Of a stretch of 64,000 nucleotides of DNA, positions 35,914 through 45,359 are shown piece by piece. The stretch is from contig JACPNS010000016.1 in the NCBI GenBank assembly GCA_016185345.1, forward strand, positions 54,975 through 118,974, read 5' to 3'. Source of the stretch: Solirubrobacterales bacterium (GTDB lineage: Bacteria; Actinomycetota; Thermoleophilia; Solirubrobacterales; JACPNS01). Under the pieces are notes generated by a model. It was given only the letters and a program-made list of their open reading frames with translations, had not been told where the DNA came from and ran no database searches. The position numbers and the translations under genes are program-made. How positions within the stretch are numbered: position 1 is the stretch's first letter; each line of letters starts with the position of its first letter.

Positions 35914-35931
35914 CACGAACAGGCGTTCGTG
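35914..35931 (-). promoter_or_regulatory. LexA (SOS/Cheo-type) box upstream of recA
   Basis: Perfect palindrome CACGAAC-AGGC-GTTCGTG matches the Gram-positive/actinobacterial CGAAC-N4-GTTCG consensus. It lies 141 nt upstream of the recA ATG. Confidence 0.6.
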
Positions 35932-35938
35932 CAACAAA

Positions 35939-37219
35939 TCAGTCAGGGTCAGCAATCAATGAACGCAGCAGATGCATTGCCACCGTGGCCGAGCGCTCCT
36001 GAATGTCATGGCGTCTACCGGGCAAGACGAAGGTCAGTTCGCGACGGCGTCCGTCCTTGCTCACGGCGTGAAACTCGACAGTTCCGACGGGCTTCTCCTC
36101 CGTGCCGCCATCCGGACCAGCGATTCCGGTGATCGCCACAGCGAAATCCGCTTCGAACACTTCCAAAGCGCCCTCGGCCATCGACTTGGCAACCTCAGAC
36201 GAAACCGCACCGAACTCTTCCAGCTCGGATTCCGGCACAGAAAGCACACGCGCCTTCGCCTCATTCGAGTAAGTAACGGCGCTTCCGCTGAAATAGGCCG
36301 ATGCTCCCGCCGGCCCAGTCAAACGCTGCGCGAGCAGTCCACCAGTACAAGACTCCGCAAGCGCGATCTTGCGCCCGTCAAGAAGCCGAACAATCTGCTC
36401 ATCCACAGTCTCAGAACTCTGCGAGAAGATCGCGCCCGAGTACTGCTCGTTGAAGGCCTCGATCAACAGCTCGCGCTTGCCGCGCTCCGCGGGACGATGG
36501 CTGACGAGGATCTCCATCTCACCCTTGCGCAGGCAGGTCGTGATCTCCATGTCGCCGAGCCCCTGCGACTGATCAAACTCACGCAGCGTCTTGGCGATGT
36601 CGCTCTCGGGTACGCCGATCATGCGGATCATCTGTTCTTCGTACACAAATGTGCGTGCGGCGAGCTCCTTGAATGCATCGGTCTCGATCGCTTCCTTCCA
36701 GATCGCCTGAAGTTCTCCCGGCGGTCCGGGCAGAACCACCACTACCGGCTTGTCGAGCCCCTCGCGTGGCCTCACCACGAGACCGGGAGCGGTCCCCGCG
36801 GGCCCGAGAATGTCCGAGCCACGCGGAACGACTGCCTGCTTGCGCGAGCCAGCGTCGAGCGCCTCAGTGTCCCAGTTCATGCGCCGAGTGAACTGAGCGA
36901 TGATTTCGCGGATCTTCACGAGCGTCGGCTCGTCGAGGTACATCTCCTGGCCGCAGAACTCCCCGACGATCGAGGCCGTGAGGTCGTCGGCAGTGGGGCC
37001 AAGCCCGCCGGTCGTGCAGATCAGTTCCAAGCCCTGATCGCTCATGAATTCAAGCTGCGCCCGAATGTCTTCGGGGCGGTCACGACAGATAGTGATGTGG
37101 ACGACGTCAAAGCCCGTTTCACGAAGTCGCTCGGTGAGCCACGGGCCGTTCTTGTCGACGATGCGCGCCGTCAGAACCTCGGTTCCCGTCACGACGATAC
37201 CGGCTCTGATCTGGTCCAT
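35939..37219 (-). CDS. cinA: CinA: MoCF-binding domain + nicotinamide-nucleotide amidohydrolase (PncC) domain
   Basis: IRAGIVVTGTEVLTARIVDKNGPWL..., TTGGLGPTADD, and C-terminal ESCTGGLLAQRLT...ITGIAGPDGG. ATG 37219 is preferred over the upstream TTG at 37273. Confidence 0.85.
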   Translation of the reverse strand: MDQIRAGIVVTGTEVLTARIVDKNGPWLTERLRETGFDVVHITICRDRPEDIRAQLEFMSDQGLELICTTGGLGPTADDLTASIVGEFCGQEMYLDEPTLVKIREIIAQFTRRMNWDTEALDAGSRKQAVVPRGSDILGPAGTAPGLVVRPREGLDKPVVVVLPGPPGELQAIWKEAIETDAFKELAARTFVYEEQMIRMIGVPESDIAKTLREFDQSQGLGDMEITTCLRKGEMEILVSHRPAERGKRELLIEAFNEQYSGAIFSQSSETVDEQIVRLLDGRKIALAESCTGGLLAQRLTGPAGASAYFSGSAVTYSNEAKARVLSVPESELEEFGAVSSEVAKSMAEGALEVFEADFAVAITGIAGPDGGTEEKPVGTVEFHAVSKDGRRRELTFVLPGRRHDIQERSATVAMHLLRSLIADPD

Positions 37220-37244
37220 TGGCGGGAGCTTAGGGCCTGTGCGC

Positions 37245-37619
37245 CTAGCTGGAGCCGCCGAGAACGCCGACAAGGAAAAGCACCAGGATGATCAGTGCAA
37301 TCACGACGATTCCGGCGAGCCACGGGACCAGCGAAACGGCACGTTTGGGCTGCGATGGCGAGTAGACCATCGGCTCTTCATCGACGTGATGGTTGAGGGC
37401 GCGGTACTCGTCGACGAGCGCCCGGGAGTCGAGCTCCAGAAAGTCCGCATACGTGCGCAGGAAGCTTTTGGCGTAAGCGCTGCCAGGAAGGAGGTTGTAT
37501 TCCTCATTCTCGAGTGCACGCAGGTACTTCGCGCGAATCTTCGTCGCCTCTTCCACCTCGTGAACGTCGATCTTCAACGCCATCCGGCGCTCACGCAGGG
37601 TCTCACCTATCTGGCTCAT
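37245..37619 (-). CDS. Membrane-anchored HTH protein (RodZ N-terminal-like, HTH_25)
   Basis: IGETLRERRMALKIDVHEVEEATKIRAKYLRALENEEYNLLPGSAYAKSFLRTYADFLELD plus a C-terminal TM (WLAGIVVIALIILVLFLVGVL). Confidence 0.75.
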   Translation of the reverse strand: MSQIGETLRERRMALKIDVHEVEEATKIRAKYLRALENEEYNLLPGSAYAKSFLRTYADFLELDSRALVDEYRALNHHVDEEPMVYSPSQPKRAVSLVPWLAGIVVIALIILVLFLVGVLGGSS

Positions 37620-37683
37620 AGCGGAAATCTAAGCGATAACACCCGAAAACTTGGGATTTGGATCAGGCGCCCTCGATCGAGGA

Positions 37684-40128
37684 CTACTCGAGAGCGTGCT
37701 CCGTGGTGGCCTGGGTCAGCACGGCCCCGGCGTCAGGAGGCACTGGTTGACCACTCAGTGCCGCGAGAACTCGTGGTAGATCGCTCTCGGTGATCAAGAC
37801 CTGGCGGGCCTTTGAACCTTCGTAGCCGCTGATCACGAGTCGACGCTCCATCATGTCGATCAGCCTGCCAGCGCGGGTGTAACCAACTCGCAAGCGGCGC
37901 TGAATCATTGAAGTTGATGCGGTGCCCATCTCGACGACGGTGCGGATCGCTTCGGCGAGCAGGTCGTCCGTGTCGGGGTCAAGCCCGTCGCGATCCTCCG
38001 CGTCCTCAGCCTCGGGAGCTTCAAGCAGTTCCTCGTGAAACTCGGGCTCGCCCTGGGCGCGCCAGAAGTCGGTCAGCTTGATGATCTCTTCCTCGGTCAC
38101 GTACGCGCCCTGGATGCGCTGGAGCTTCGAGGAACCAATCGGTGCGAAAAGCATGTCGCCCTGTCCCAGGAGCGACTCGGCGCCGTTCTGGTCGAGGATC
38201 ACGCGGGAGTCCGTCTGCGAAGAAACTGCGAAGGCAATTCGGGACGGGACGTTCGCCTTGATCATGCCGGTGATGATGTCCGCGCTCGGGCGCTGGGTGG
38301 CGAGGAGCAGGTGGATGCCGATCGCGCGAGCCTTTTGCGCCAGCCGGATGATCGCGTCCTCGACTTCTCCGGGCGCAACCATCATCAGGTCTGCGAGCTC
38401 GTCGATCACGCAGAGGATGTAAGGAAGCGTGGGCTCCCCCTCCTTCTTGCGCTTGTCGTTCAGCTCCACGAGATTGCGGCACTTGTAGGCGCTCATCAGC
38501 GTGTAGCGCTGCTCCATCTCGCGGATCAGATTGTTCAACACGTTTGCGGCCATACGCGGACTGGTGACGACCGGCGTGAGCAGGTGCGGGATCTGCTCGT
38601 AAAGGTTGAGTTCGACCTGTTTTGGGTCAATCAGCACGAGCTTGACCTCGTTCGGCGTCGATCCGAGCAGGATCGAGCAGAGCAGCGTGTTGATGCAGCC
38701 CGACTTACCTGCGCCGGTCGTGCCTGCAACCAGAAGGTGCGGCATCTTGGCGATGTCGGTACCGATCGCCTTGCCGCCGATGTCCTTGCCGAGCCAGACA
38801 GATACCGGAGACCATTCATTGGGCAGCGGCTGGTAGACGTCGCCCAGGCGCACCATTGCGCGGTTGATGTTGGGGACCTCGACGCCGACGGCCTGCTTGC
38901 CGGGGATCGGGGCGAGAATGCGGATGTCTGTGCTGGCAAGCGCGTAGGCAAGGTCGTCACGAAGGCCAGAGACCTTCGACATCTTCGTCCCCGGCGCGAG
39001 GCGCAGCTCAAAGCGAGTGACGTGTGGGCCAGCGACGGTTCCCACAAGCGTGGACTCGATCCCAAAGTGCTTCAACGCCTCGGTCAGCTGCGCGGCGACC
39101 TTTTCCTGGGCGGCCTTGCTGTCGCCCTTGGGAGCGGCCTTTGAACGCTCGAGCACCTTGGGGCTCGGCATCTTGTAGGTGACCTCTTCGGCTTCGGTGA
39201 CGTTTGCTGCGCGACCGACACGGATCGGAACCTCTGTGTCTGGAACGACGACTGGGTCGGGTTCGATCTCCGGTTCGATCAGCTCGACTTCGTGCTCGTC
39301 GAACTCGGGCTCGTCGTCCACTTCGGGAAGCTCTTCCTGCACGGGTGCCATCTCAACGTGGGTCGCGCGGACAACGGGCTCAATGCCTGCGGGCTCGGGC
39401 GGAAGGATGTCTTCAGCCTTCTTCTTTGCAGCTTGGCTCATCTTGCGTGCGGCCGGCGTTTCGGCACGCGGGGTCGCGACGGGGTGACGGAAGCGATCGA
39501 CCGCGTCAAGGATTCGCTCGCCGATCTCAACGATCGGAATGCCGGTCAGCTGAAGCAGACCGATCACCGTCAGCGCGACTGCTGTGACGCTCGCGCCGGC
39601 GGTGCCGGTCAACTTGGCAACGGGCCAGTAAAGAATTTCGCCGATCAGGCCGCCGTGCCCCTTGTACCAAGCGGGATCAAACACGACGTGCTTTGCGGGC
39701 GCCGAGGCACCAAGTCCCAGCAATCCTGCGCTCAGCGCGATCAGAATCCCCGCGCACAGCATGGTGACGGCAGGCCAACGGAACGCGCGCTCGGGCAGAA
39801 CGGCTCGGAAAACTGCGACGAAACCGCCTGCGGCCAGTGCCAACGGCACCAGATATGCCCCGTGGCCGATCAAATACTGCATACCCGTGACGATGCCGTC
39901 GCCGAGCTTTCCGCCTTGGCCACCGAAGTAAAGGATGAAGGCGAAGAACACGGCCAAGGCCATGACGCCAAGTCCGATCGCGTCGAGGCGCTGCTGGTCT
40001 GTCAGCCCCGGAGCCTGGCGCGGAGCCGGCTTTCCCTTGGGACGGGCAGTCGCACCCTTGCGCGGGGCCGCCTTCGTCTTTGCCGTCGCACGCGGCTTAC
40101 TTGTGTTTTTCTTCACTTTTGTCGCCAT
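37684..40128 (-). CDS. ftsK: DNA translocase FtsK/SpoIIIE
   Basis: N-terminal TM domain, linker, motor domain (LLVAGTTGAGKSGCIN Walker A; LCVIDELADL) and gamma wHTH (STSMIQRRLRVGYTRAGRLID). Start set at ATG 40128 (MATKVKKN...). Confidence 0.9.
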   Translation of the reverse strand: MATKVKKNTSKPRATAKTKAAPRKGATARPKGKPAPRQAPGLTDQQRLDAIGLGVMALAVFFAFILYFGGQGGKLGDGIVTGMQYLIGHGAYLVPLALAAGGFVAVFRAVLPERAFRWPAVTMLCAGILIALSAGLLGLGASAPAKHVVFDPAWYKGHGGLIGEILYWPVAKLTGTAGASVTAVALTVIGLLQLTGIPIVEIGERILDAVDRFRHPVATPRAETPAARKMSQAAKKKAEDILPPEPAGIEPVVRATHVEMAPVQEELPEVDDEPEFDEHEVELIEPEIEPDPVVVPDTEVPIRVGRAANVTEAEEVTYKMPSPKVLERSKAAPKGDSKAAQEKVAAQLTEALKHFGIESTLVGTVAGPHVTRFELRLAPGTKMSKVSGLRDDLAYALASTDIRILAPIPGKQAVGVEVPNINRAMVRLGDVYQPLPNEWSPVSVWLGKDIGGKAIGTDIAKMPHLLVAGTTGAGKSGCINTLLCSILLGSTPNEVKLVLIDPKQVELNLYEQIPHLLTPVVTSPRMAANVLNNLIREMEQRYTLMSAYKCRNLVELNDKRKKEGEPTLPYILCVIDELADLMMVAPGEVEDAIIRLAQKARAIGIHLLLATQRPSADIITGMIKANVPSRIAFAVSSQTDSRVILDQNGAESLLGQGDMLFAPIGSSKLQRIQGAYVTEEEIIKLTDFWRAQGEPEFHEELLEAPEAEDAEDRDGLDPDTDDLLAEAIRTVVEMGTASTSMIQRRLRVGYTRAGRLIDMMERRLVISGYEGSKARQVLITESDLPRVLAALSGQPVPPDAGAVLTQATTEHALE

Positions 40129-40302
40129 ATGGGTTCTTGGCGACTGGTTCGACGGCCGTATCGCCATACCTTCGCGTGACGGTCGACCCCGGAGGTGCAA
40201 TGCAGACCTAATCGCCGATCGGGGCGGCTGACGGCGCACTGCGAGTGCTGATACGCCGTGGACATCACGCAACCTTTGGCTACTCATTTCTAGACTCTGC
40301 GC

Positions 40303-41079
40303 ATGACAACAATCATCGGGATAACCACTCCGGACGGGATCGTCCTCGGAAGCGACAGCAGGATCACACTCACATCCGATTCAAGGGACCGAGTGCTCAG
40401 TGACTCGGCCCAAAAGGTGTTTGCGATCGGTCGATTCGGTGTCGTGTTTTCAGGCCTTTCGCAGTTCGGCGGGGAGACGATTGCCGGTCTTATGGATCAG
40501 TTCTTGTCTGGACTCACCGACGCGGACAATCGAAACCTAGATTCCTTTGCCGATGCACTCGGGAAGTTTTTCGCCGCTCGATTCATCGATTGGTACGACG
40601 ACGACAACGACACATGGAACACCGAAGTAGACGCCGATCCGCTCTCGTTCCTCGCCGCCGGATACAACGACGACGGAGTCGGCGAACTTCTCGAAGTCGG
40701 GATCCCCTCCCGAGATGTAGACGAGTTTCGCCCAAGTACCGTCGCCCAGGGTTCCATGTGGCGGGGACAAACCGATGTCATCAGCCGACTGCTCAAAGGG
40801 ATCGACCTTCGTGCGCTTCTAGGCACTGGCTTTGAGATGAGCGACGGGTTCATGGAACAAGTGGACAAGCTTGAGTACGTGACACTTGATCCCGTCACGA
40901 TTCAAGATGCAGTCGACTACTGCACGTTCTTGCTCCAAGCGACGATTGACATGCAGCGATTCAGCGATGGCACTGCCGGAGACCCTGGACTGGTGCCCGG
41001 ATGTGGAGGGCCCCTTCAGCTGCTGAGCATCGAGCGAAAAGGCCCAATCTGGATCAAATCGCTCTCGGTCTCAGATTAA
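40303..41079 (+). CDS. Proteasome-beta/HslV-like Ntn-hydrolase-fold protein, orphan
   Basis: Begins M-TTIIGITTPDGIVLGSDSRIT...AQKVF (Thr1/Asp17/Lys pattern). LAAGYNDDGVGELLEV, QGSMWRG and GGPLQLLSIERKG align by eye with beta-subunit core elements. A TAGACT hexamer ends 6 nt before the ATG. Confidence 0.6.
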   Translation: MTTIIGITTPDGIVLGSDSRITLTSDSRDRVLSDSAQKVFAIGRFGVVFSGLSQFGGETIAGLMDQFLSGLTDADNRNLDSFADALGKFFAARFIDWYDDDNDTWNTEVDADPLSFLAAGYNDDGVGELLEVGIPSRDVDEFRPSTVAQGSMWRGQTDVISRLLKGIDLRALLGTGFEMSDGFMEQVDKLEYVTLDPVTIQDAVDYCTFLLQATIDMQRFSDGTAGDPGLVPGCGGPLQLLSIERKGPIWIKSLSVSD

Positions 41080-41090
41080 TGCTCTAATCC

Positions 41091-41114
41091 TTGCGCTCCG
41101 CTCGCGGGGCGCAA
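41091..41114. terminator. Hairpin between convergent stops (Ntn-hydrolase gene / rnj)
   Basis: TTGCGCTCCGC-tc-GCGGGGCGCAA (one G-T pair) lies between the stop at 41079 and the rnj stop at 41116, flanked by A/T-rich bases on both sides. Confidence 0.45.
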
Positions 41115-41115
41115 A

Positions 41116-42798
41116 TTAAACCTCGACGACCACCGGCAGCACCATTGGGCGGCGCTTTGTGCGCTCGTAAACGAATCGCGCGACGTCGTTGTGCAGCTTG
41201 TCGCGGAGTTCCGCTTCGGCCACGCCCTCGGAGTTCTTGACCTTCTTGGCCAGATCGGCAATCGAGTTTCCGACGGCGATCTTCAGATCGTCCACCATGT
41301 CGGCGGCGTCATCCATGAACGGGACACCGCGGAAGATCACTTCTGGGTCGCCGATCGATTCGCCGGACTGTTCAGAAACGGTTGCGACGACGATGAACAC
41401 GCCGTCGTTGCTGAGCATGCGACGGTCACGCAACGCAACGTCTTCGACGTTTCCGACCTCGAGGCCGTCAACGAAGATCATGCCGCTCTTGACGCGGTCT
41501 CCGATCCGGGCGCCGTTCTCGTCGATCTCGAGCGGCAGGCCGTTCTCCATCTGGAAGATGTCGTCTGGGTCGATCCCGACCTCTTCGGCGAGTCGCGAGT
41601 GCAACACGATGCGCTGATAGTCGCCGTGGATCGGCATCACGTACTTCGGCTTGGTCAGGTTGATCATCATCTTCAGCTCTTCGCGGTAGCCGTGGCCAGA
41701 AGCATGGATCGGCGCGTCCTTCGCGGTCACAACCGTGGCGCCGATGTGGAAGAGCCTGTCGATCGTCTCGTTGACGGCGCGCTCATTGCCAGGCACTGGC
41801 GACGCCGAGAACATGATCGTGTCGCCGGAGTGCAGCGTGATCTGACCATGATCGTTGTTGGCCATGCGGCGCAGCGCCGAAAGCGGCTCGCCCTGGCTGC
41901 CGGTGCAGATGACGCAGACTTCGTCGTCGGGGTAGTCGTCAATCTCTTTCGGCTTGATGATCATGCCGTCTGGCGCGTAGATATGGCCGAGCTTGCGGCC
42001 GATTGCGAAGTTGCGACGCATCGAGCGGCCGACCAACGCGACCTTGCGGCCGTGCACGACGGATGCGTCGATCACCTGCTGAACGCGGTGGATGTTCGAG
42101 GCAAAGCTCGTGACGAGAATGCGGCCCTCGCAGCGTGCGAACGCTTCTTCGAGGTGCGGCCCGATCGAGGACTCGCTCGGCGCAACTCCAGCGCGGTCGG
42201 CGTTGGTTGAGTCGCCGCAGAGCAACAGAAGGCCTTCCGAGCCAAGCTCGGCCAGGCGCGACATGTCGGTCGGCTGGCCGTCAACCGGGGTCTGATCAAA
42301 CTTGTAGTCACCGGTCAGGAAGATCGAACCGTGGTCGGTGCCGACAACGACGCCGCAGGCATCCGGAATCGAGTGCGACACGTGAATCAGTTCCAGCGTG
42401 AACGGCCCGGCGTCCCAGGGCTCAAGGCAATCGCGCTCGATCACATCGACCGCGTCGGCGAGCTTGTGCTCTTCGAGCTTCGATCGAGCCATCTCGGCGG
42501 TGAGCGGTGCGGCGTAGACCGGCGGCGTCTCTTCCGGGAAGAGCTCGCGGATCACGTAGGGCAGGGCGCCGATGTGGTCCTCGTGGCCGTGGGTGATCAC
42601 GATCGCCTCGACGTCGTCCGCGCGGCCGCGCAGGTAGTCAAAGTCAGGAAGAACGAGATCGATGCCAAGCATGTCTGCAGTCGGGAACATAAGGCCGGTG
42701 TCGATCACGACGATCTTGCCGTCCTGTTCGACGACCATCATGTTCTTGCCGATCTCGCCCAGACCGCCGAGTGGAAGAACGCGCAGTTTGCCGCTCAT
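41116..42798 (-). CDS. rnj: Ribonuclease J
   Basis: Metallo-beta-lactamase/beta-CASP protein with LRVLPLGGLGEIGKNM and ITHGHEDHIGALPY; 560 aa. Confidence 0.9.
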   Translation of the reverse strand: MSGKLRVLPLGGLGEIGKNMMVVEQDGKIVVIDTGLMFPTADMLGIDLVLPDFDYLRGRADDVEAIVITHGHEDHIGALPYVIRELFPEETPPVYAAPLTAEMARSKLEEHKLADAVDVIERDCLEPWDAGPFTLELIHVSHSIPDACGVVVGTDHGSIFLTGDYKFDQTPVDGQPTDMSRLAELGSEGLLLLCGDSTNADRAGVAPSESSIGPHLEEAFARCEGRILVTSFASNIHRVQQVIDASVVHGRKVALVGRSMRRNFAIGRKLGHIYAPDGMIIKPKEIDDYPDDEVCVICTGSQGEPLSALRRMANNDHGQITLHSGDTIMFSASPVPGNERAVNETIDRLFHIGATVVTAKDAPIHASGHGYREELKMMINLTKPKYVMPIHGDYQRIVLHSRLAEEVGIDPDDIFQMENGLPLEIDENGARIGDRVKSGMIFVDGLEVGNVEDVALRDRRMLSNDGVFIVVATVSEQSGESIGDPEVIFRGVPFMDDAADMVDDLKIAVGNSIADLAKKVKNSEGVAEAELRDKLHNDVARFVYERTKRRPMVLPVVVEV

Positions 42799-43655
42799 GA
42801 AGCTGCCACCCCAACGAGTCCGCGTTCTTCAAGCATCGCGCGAATCGTTGCGGTCTCGGACTCGTCGCAATCGACGTACGGCAGTCGAACGTGACCGCCG
42901 GGAAGTCCCATCAAATTGAGTGCAGCTTTGTTCGCGCTGGCGGCTGGCGCGACCGCGAGCGCGTCATAGACCGGCTGCAGCGATGCGTGAATCTCTGTGC
43001 GGTTCTCTGGTTCAGTGACCATCCGTTTGAACTCCTCACCAACGACGTGGGTTGCTGTAAGGATCCCGCCGCTGCCGCCGAGGTCGAGCACCTTCGCAAA
43101 GACGTCGTCGTTGCCGGCGTATAACTGGAGCCCATCCACCATCGCGAGGTTGTCGTCGTTGGATTGCTTGACGCCGACGATGTTTTCTATCTGGCCCAGT
43201 TCGGCGAGAAGATCGTTGGGCATGTCGGTTCCTGTGCGAGCCGGGATGTTGTAAACGAGGATCGGAACATCTGTGGACTTGGCGACTTCCTCGAAGTGAC
43301 GAATGACCCCCCGGCGCGGCGGGCGGTTGTAGTACGGGGTCACCGAGAGGATCCCGTCCACGCCGAGTGCAGAGGCCTTCGACGTCAGCTCGGTCGCATG
43401 GCGGGTGTCGTTGGACCCGGTCCCGGCGATGATCGTGAAGTCGTCGGGGGCTTCGTTCACCGCGAGTTCTACGACTGCAAGGTGCTCTTGGTCGGAGAGC
43501 GTTGATGCCTCTCCGGTAGTGCCGGTGACAACCACGCCATCGCTGCCAGTTGCTGCCAGATGTTCGAGGATGCGAACGAACGCAGCCTCGTCCACGGCGC
43601 CATTGGCGTCGAACGGGGTGACCACGGCGGTCAGGACAGTTCCAAATTCGGGCAT
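42795..43655 (-). CDS. dapA: 4-hydroxy-tetrahydrodipicolinate synthase
   Basis: Track ORF 42795..43928 trimmed to ATG 43655 (MPEFGTVLTAVVTPFDANGAVDE). Has GTTGEASTLS and the YNIPARTG motif. Confidence 0.9.
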   Translation of the reverse strand: MPEFGTVLTAVVTPFDANGAVDEAAFVRILEHLAATGSDGVVVTGTTGEASTLSDQEHLAVVELAVNEAPDDFTIIAGTGSNDTRHATELTSKASALGVDGILSVTPYYNRPPRRGVIRHFEEVAKSTDVPILVYNIPARTGTDMPNDLLAELGQIENIVGVKQSNDDNLAMVDGLQLYAGNDDVFAKVLDLGGSGGILTATHVVGEEFKRMVTEPENRTEIHASLQPVYDALAVAPAASANKAALNLMGLPGGHVRLPYVDCDESETATIRAMLEERGLVGVAAS

Positions 43656-43761
43656 GGCACAAGCATACGCGCCACGATTTCGGCTGACCCTCAGCAATCC
43701 GCCCCGCCCTGCCGACACAACCTTCAAGCCCGATTCCAAGATTGCGCTGGACCAATGAACG

Positions 43762-45255
43762 ATGGGGCACCACACGCGGTCCGCACGTATTGGTTCAATG
43801 AACAGAAAGCAGCTCGCTCGCATCGCGAGAGTCACACCCAGTTCCCAAGCAACGGAGCCTCCGAAGTTGGCCCGAAAAAAAAGGCAATCCAAATCCAAGA
43901 GCGTCAGGGTCCCTGTATACAAGGGCAAGTTCGGCTACGAGGAAGCCGAACGACTGCTGTGGCGGGCCGGTTTCGGCCCCCGCCCCGGCGACATCAAGCG
44001 ATTCAAGAAGCTGGGGATGAAGCGCTCCGTCGCGAGCCTCGTCAACCACAAGGGGGCGACCAAGCTGATCGGCCCCGAGCCCAAACTCAAGGAGCCACTC
44101 GAACCGACTGACATCTGGGGCCACGATCACCTCTGGTGGATGGACCGTATGGTGCGTAGCAACAACCCGTTGCAGGAACGCATGACGTTGATCTGGCACG
44201 ACTGGTTTGCCACCTCAAACGACGGAGTGGGCAATCAGAAACTTATGCTGGCGCAGAATCACATGCTGCGCCGCAATTCGCTCGGGCGATTTCGCACGAT
44301 GCTCTACAGCGTCACCCAAGACCCGGCAATGCTGATCTGGCTGTCGGGAGACGGCAGCAGCAAGGAGGCGCCAAACGAAAATTACGGCCGCGAGCTGATG
44401 GAACTGTTCACGCTGGGCGCTGACGCCAAGTACACCGAGGACGACGTCCGCGAACAGGCCCGCGCGCTCACCGGCTTTCGCAGCGACTGGACCGAAGGCC
44501 TCGGACAGAACAACTTCCGCTTTGACCCCGAGTATCACGACGATGGCACCAAGAAGATCTTCGGCAAGACCGGGACCTTCTCGTGGCAGGACAGTTGCAA
44601 CCTCTGCCTTCGGCACGGAGACCACGCAGAGTTCTTTGTCAAGAAGCTCTGGAGCTACTTCATCCCAGTTCCGCTGACTGGCAAGAATCTCAAGGCGTTC
44701 AAGAATCTCTACATCAAGAACGGCTTCAAGATCAAGCCCGTCGTGCAGGCAATCCTGATGCACCCAGCGTTTTACAACGGTCCAAGGATGATCAAGCCGC
44801 CGATCGTCTTCACGGTTGGCCTGCTTCGCGCGCAGGGCATTGGCATCACCAGCGACGCGTGGGCATGGCTTTCCGAGCAGACTGGCCAGCGACTTTTTTT
44901 TCCGCCGAACGTCGCTGGCTGGGACGATGAAGCCTGGCTCGACACCGGCCGTTTCCGCGGCCGATGGAACGTCGCACGTCAGGCAACCGACGACGCGCTG
45001 CTCGACCCCGGCGACAAATCGACGGTCGACAGCTACCCGTCCGATGAATCCCCGGAGTTGGCATTCACGAACGTCATGAACTTCTGGGGCAACCCGACTG
45101 TCAACCGGCCAACGAGAGCGGTTTTGATGGACTTCGCAAGAAAGTCTGGACAGCAGGCCGACAGCGCCAAATGGAAAAGGCAGCCCTACCGGGTGATGCG
45201 TCAGAACGCGATGCGCACACTTCTTGCCATGAGCCCCGATCAACAGACTTCATGA
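43762..45255 (+). CDS. DUF1800 domain protein
   Basis: LIWHDWFATSN, MLRRNSLGRFRTMLYSVTQDPAMLIWL, NENYGRELMELFTLG and PPNVAGW are hallmark DUF1800 blocks. The alternative start ATG 43798 is equally possible. Confidence 0.8.
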   Translation: MGHHTRSARIGSMNRKQLARIARVTPSSQATEPPKLARKKRQSKSKSVRVPVYKGKFGYEEAERLLWRAGFGPRPGDIKRFKKLGMKRSVASLVNHKGATKLIGPEPKLKEPLEPTDIWGHDHLWWMDRMVRSNNPLQERMTLIWHDWFATSNDGVGNQKLMLAQNHMLRRNSLGRFRTMLYSVTQDPAMLIWLSGDGSSKEAPNENYGRELMELFTLGADAKYTEDDVREQARALTGFRSDWTEGLGQNNFRFDPEYHDDGTKKIFGKTGTFSWQDSCNLCLRHGDHAEFFVKKLWSYFIPVPLTGKNLKAFKNLYIKNGFKIKPVVQAILMHPAFYNGPRMIKPPIVFTVGLLRAQGIGITSDAWAWLSEQTGQRLFFPPNVAGWDDEAWLDTGRFRGRWNVARQATDDALLDPGDKSTVDSYPSDESPELAFTNVMNFWGNPTVNRPTRAVLMDFARKSGQQADSAKWKRQPYRVMRQNAMRTLLAMSPDQQTS

Positions 45256-45359
45256 ACGGCAATAACGCCCATAACGCGTGCAAGGAGTTCAATCGCGCCC
45301 AGATGCTTCGCAGTGCGGCGGCGACGGCAGGGAACGGCCTTCCAGCTATCTAAGCGGGC

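Noticed and set aside
35972-37291. 439-aa plus-strand ORF almost exactly co-extensive with, and antisense to, cinA
   Set aside because: The composition is Arg/Ala/Leu-rich with no recognisable motif, whereas the opposite strand encodes a clearly recognisable CinA. Long stop-free antisense frames are expected at ~65-70% GC.
38035-39144. 369-aa plus-strand ORF antisense to ftsK; similar cases at 39292..40179 and 41191..42210 (antisense to rnj)
   Set aside because: No motifs and skewed Arg/Asp/Leu/Val composition. The minus-strand genes have unambiguous FtsK and RNase J signatures, so these are high-GC shadow ORFs.
44215-45243. 342-aa minus-strand ORF antisense to the DUF1800 gene; also 25301..26317 (antisense to the antiporter), 20634..21605 and 49098..50045
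   Set aside because: Same reasoning: Arg-rich, domain-less shadow ORFs opposite genes with clear family signatures or clear signal peptides and RBS.
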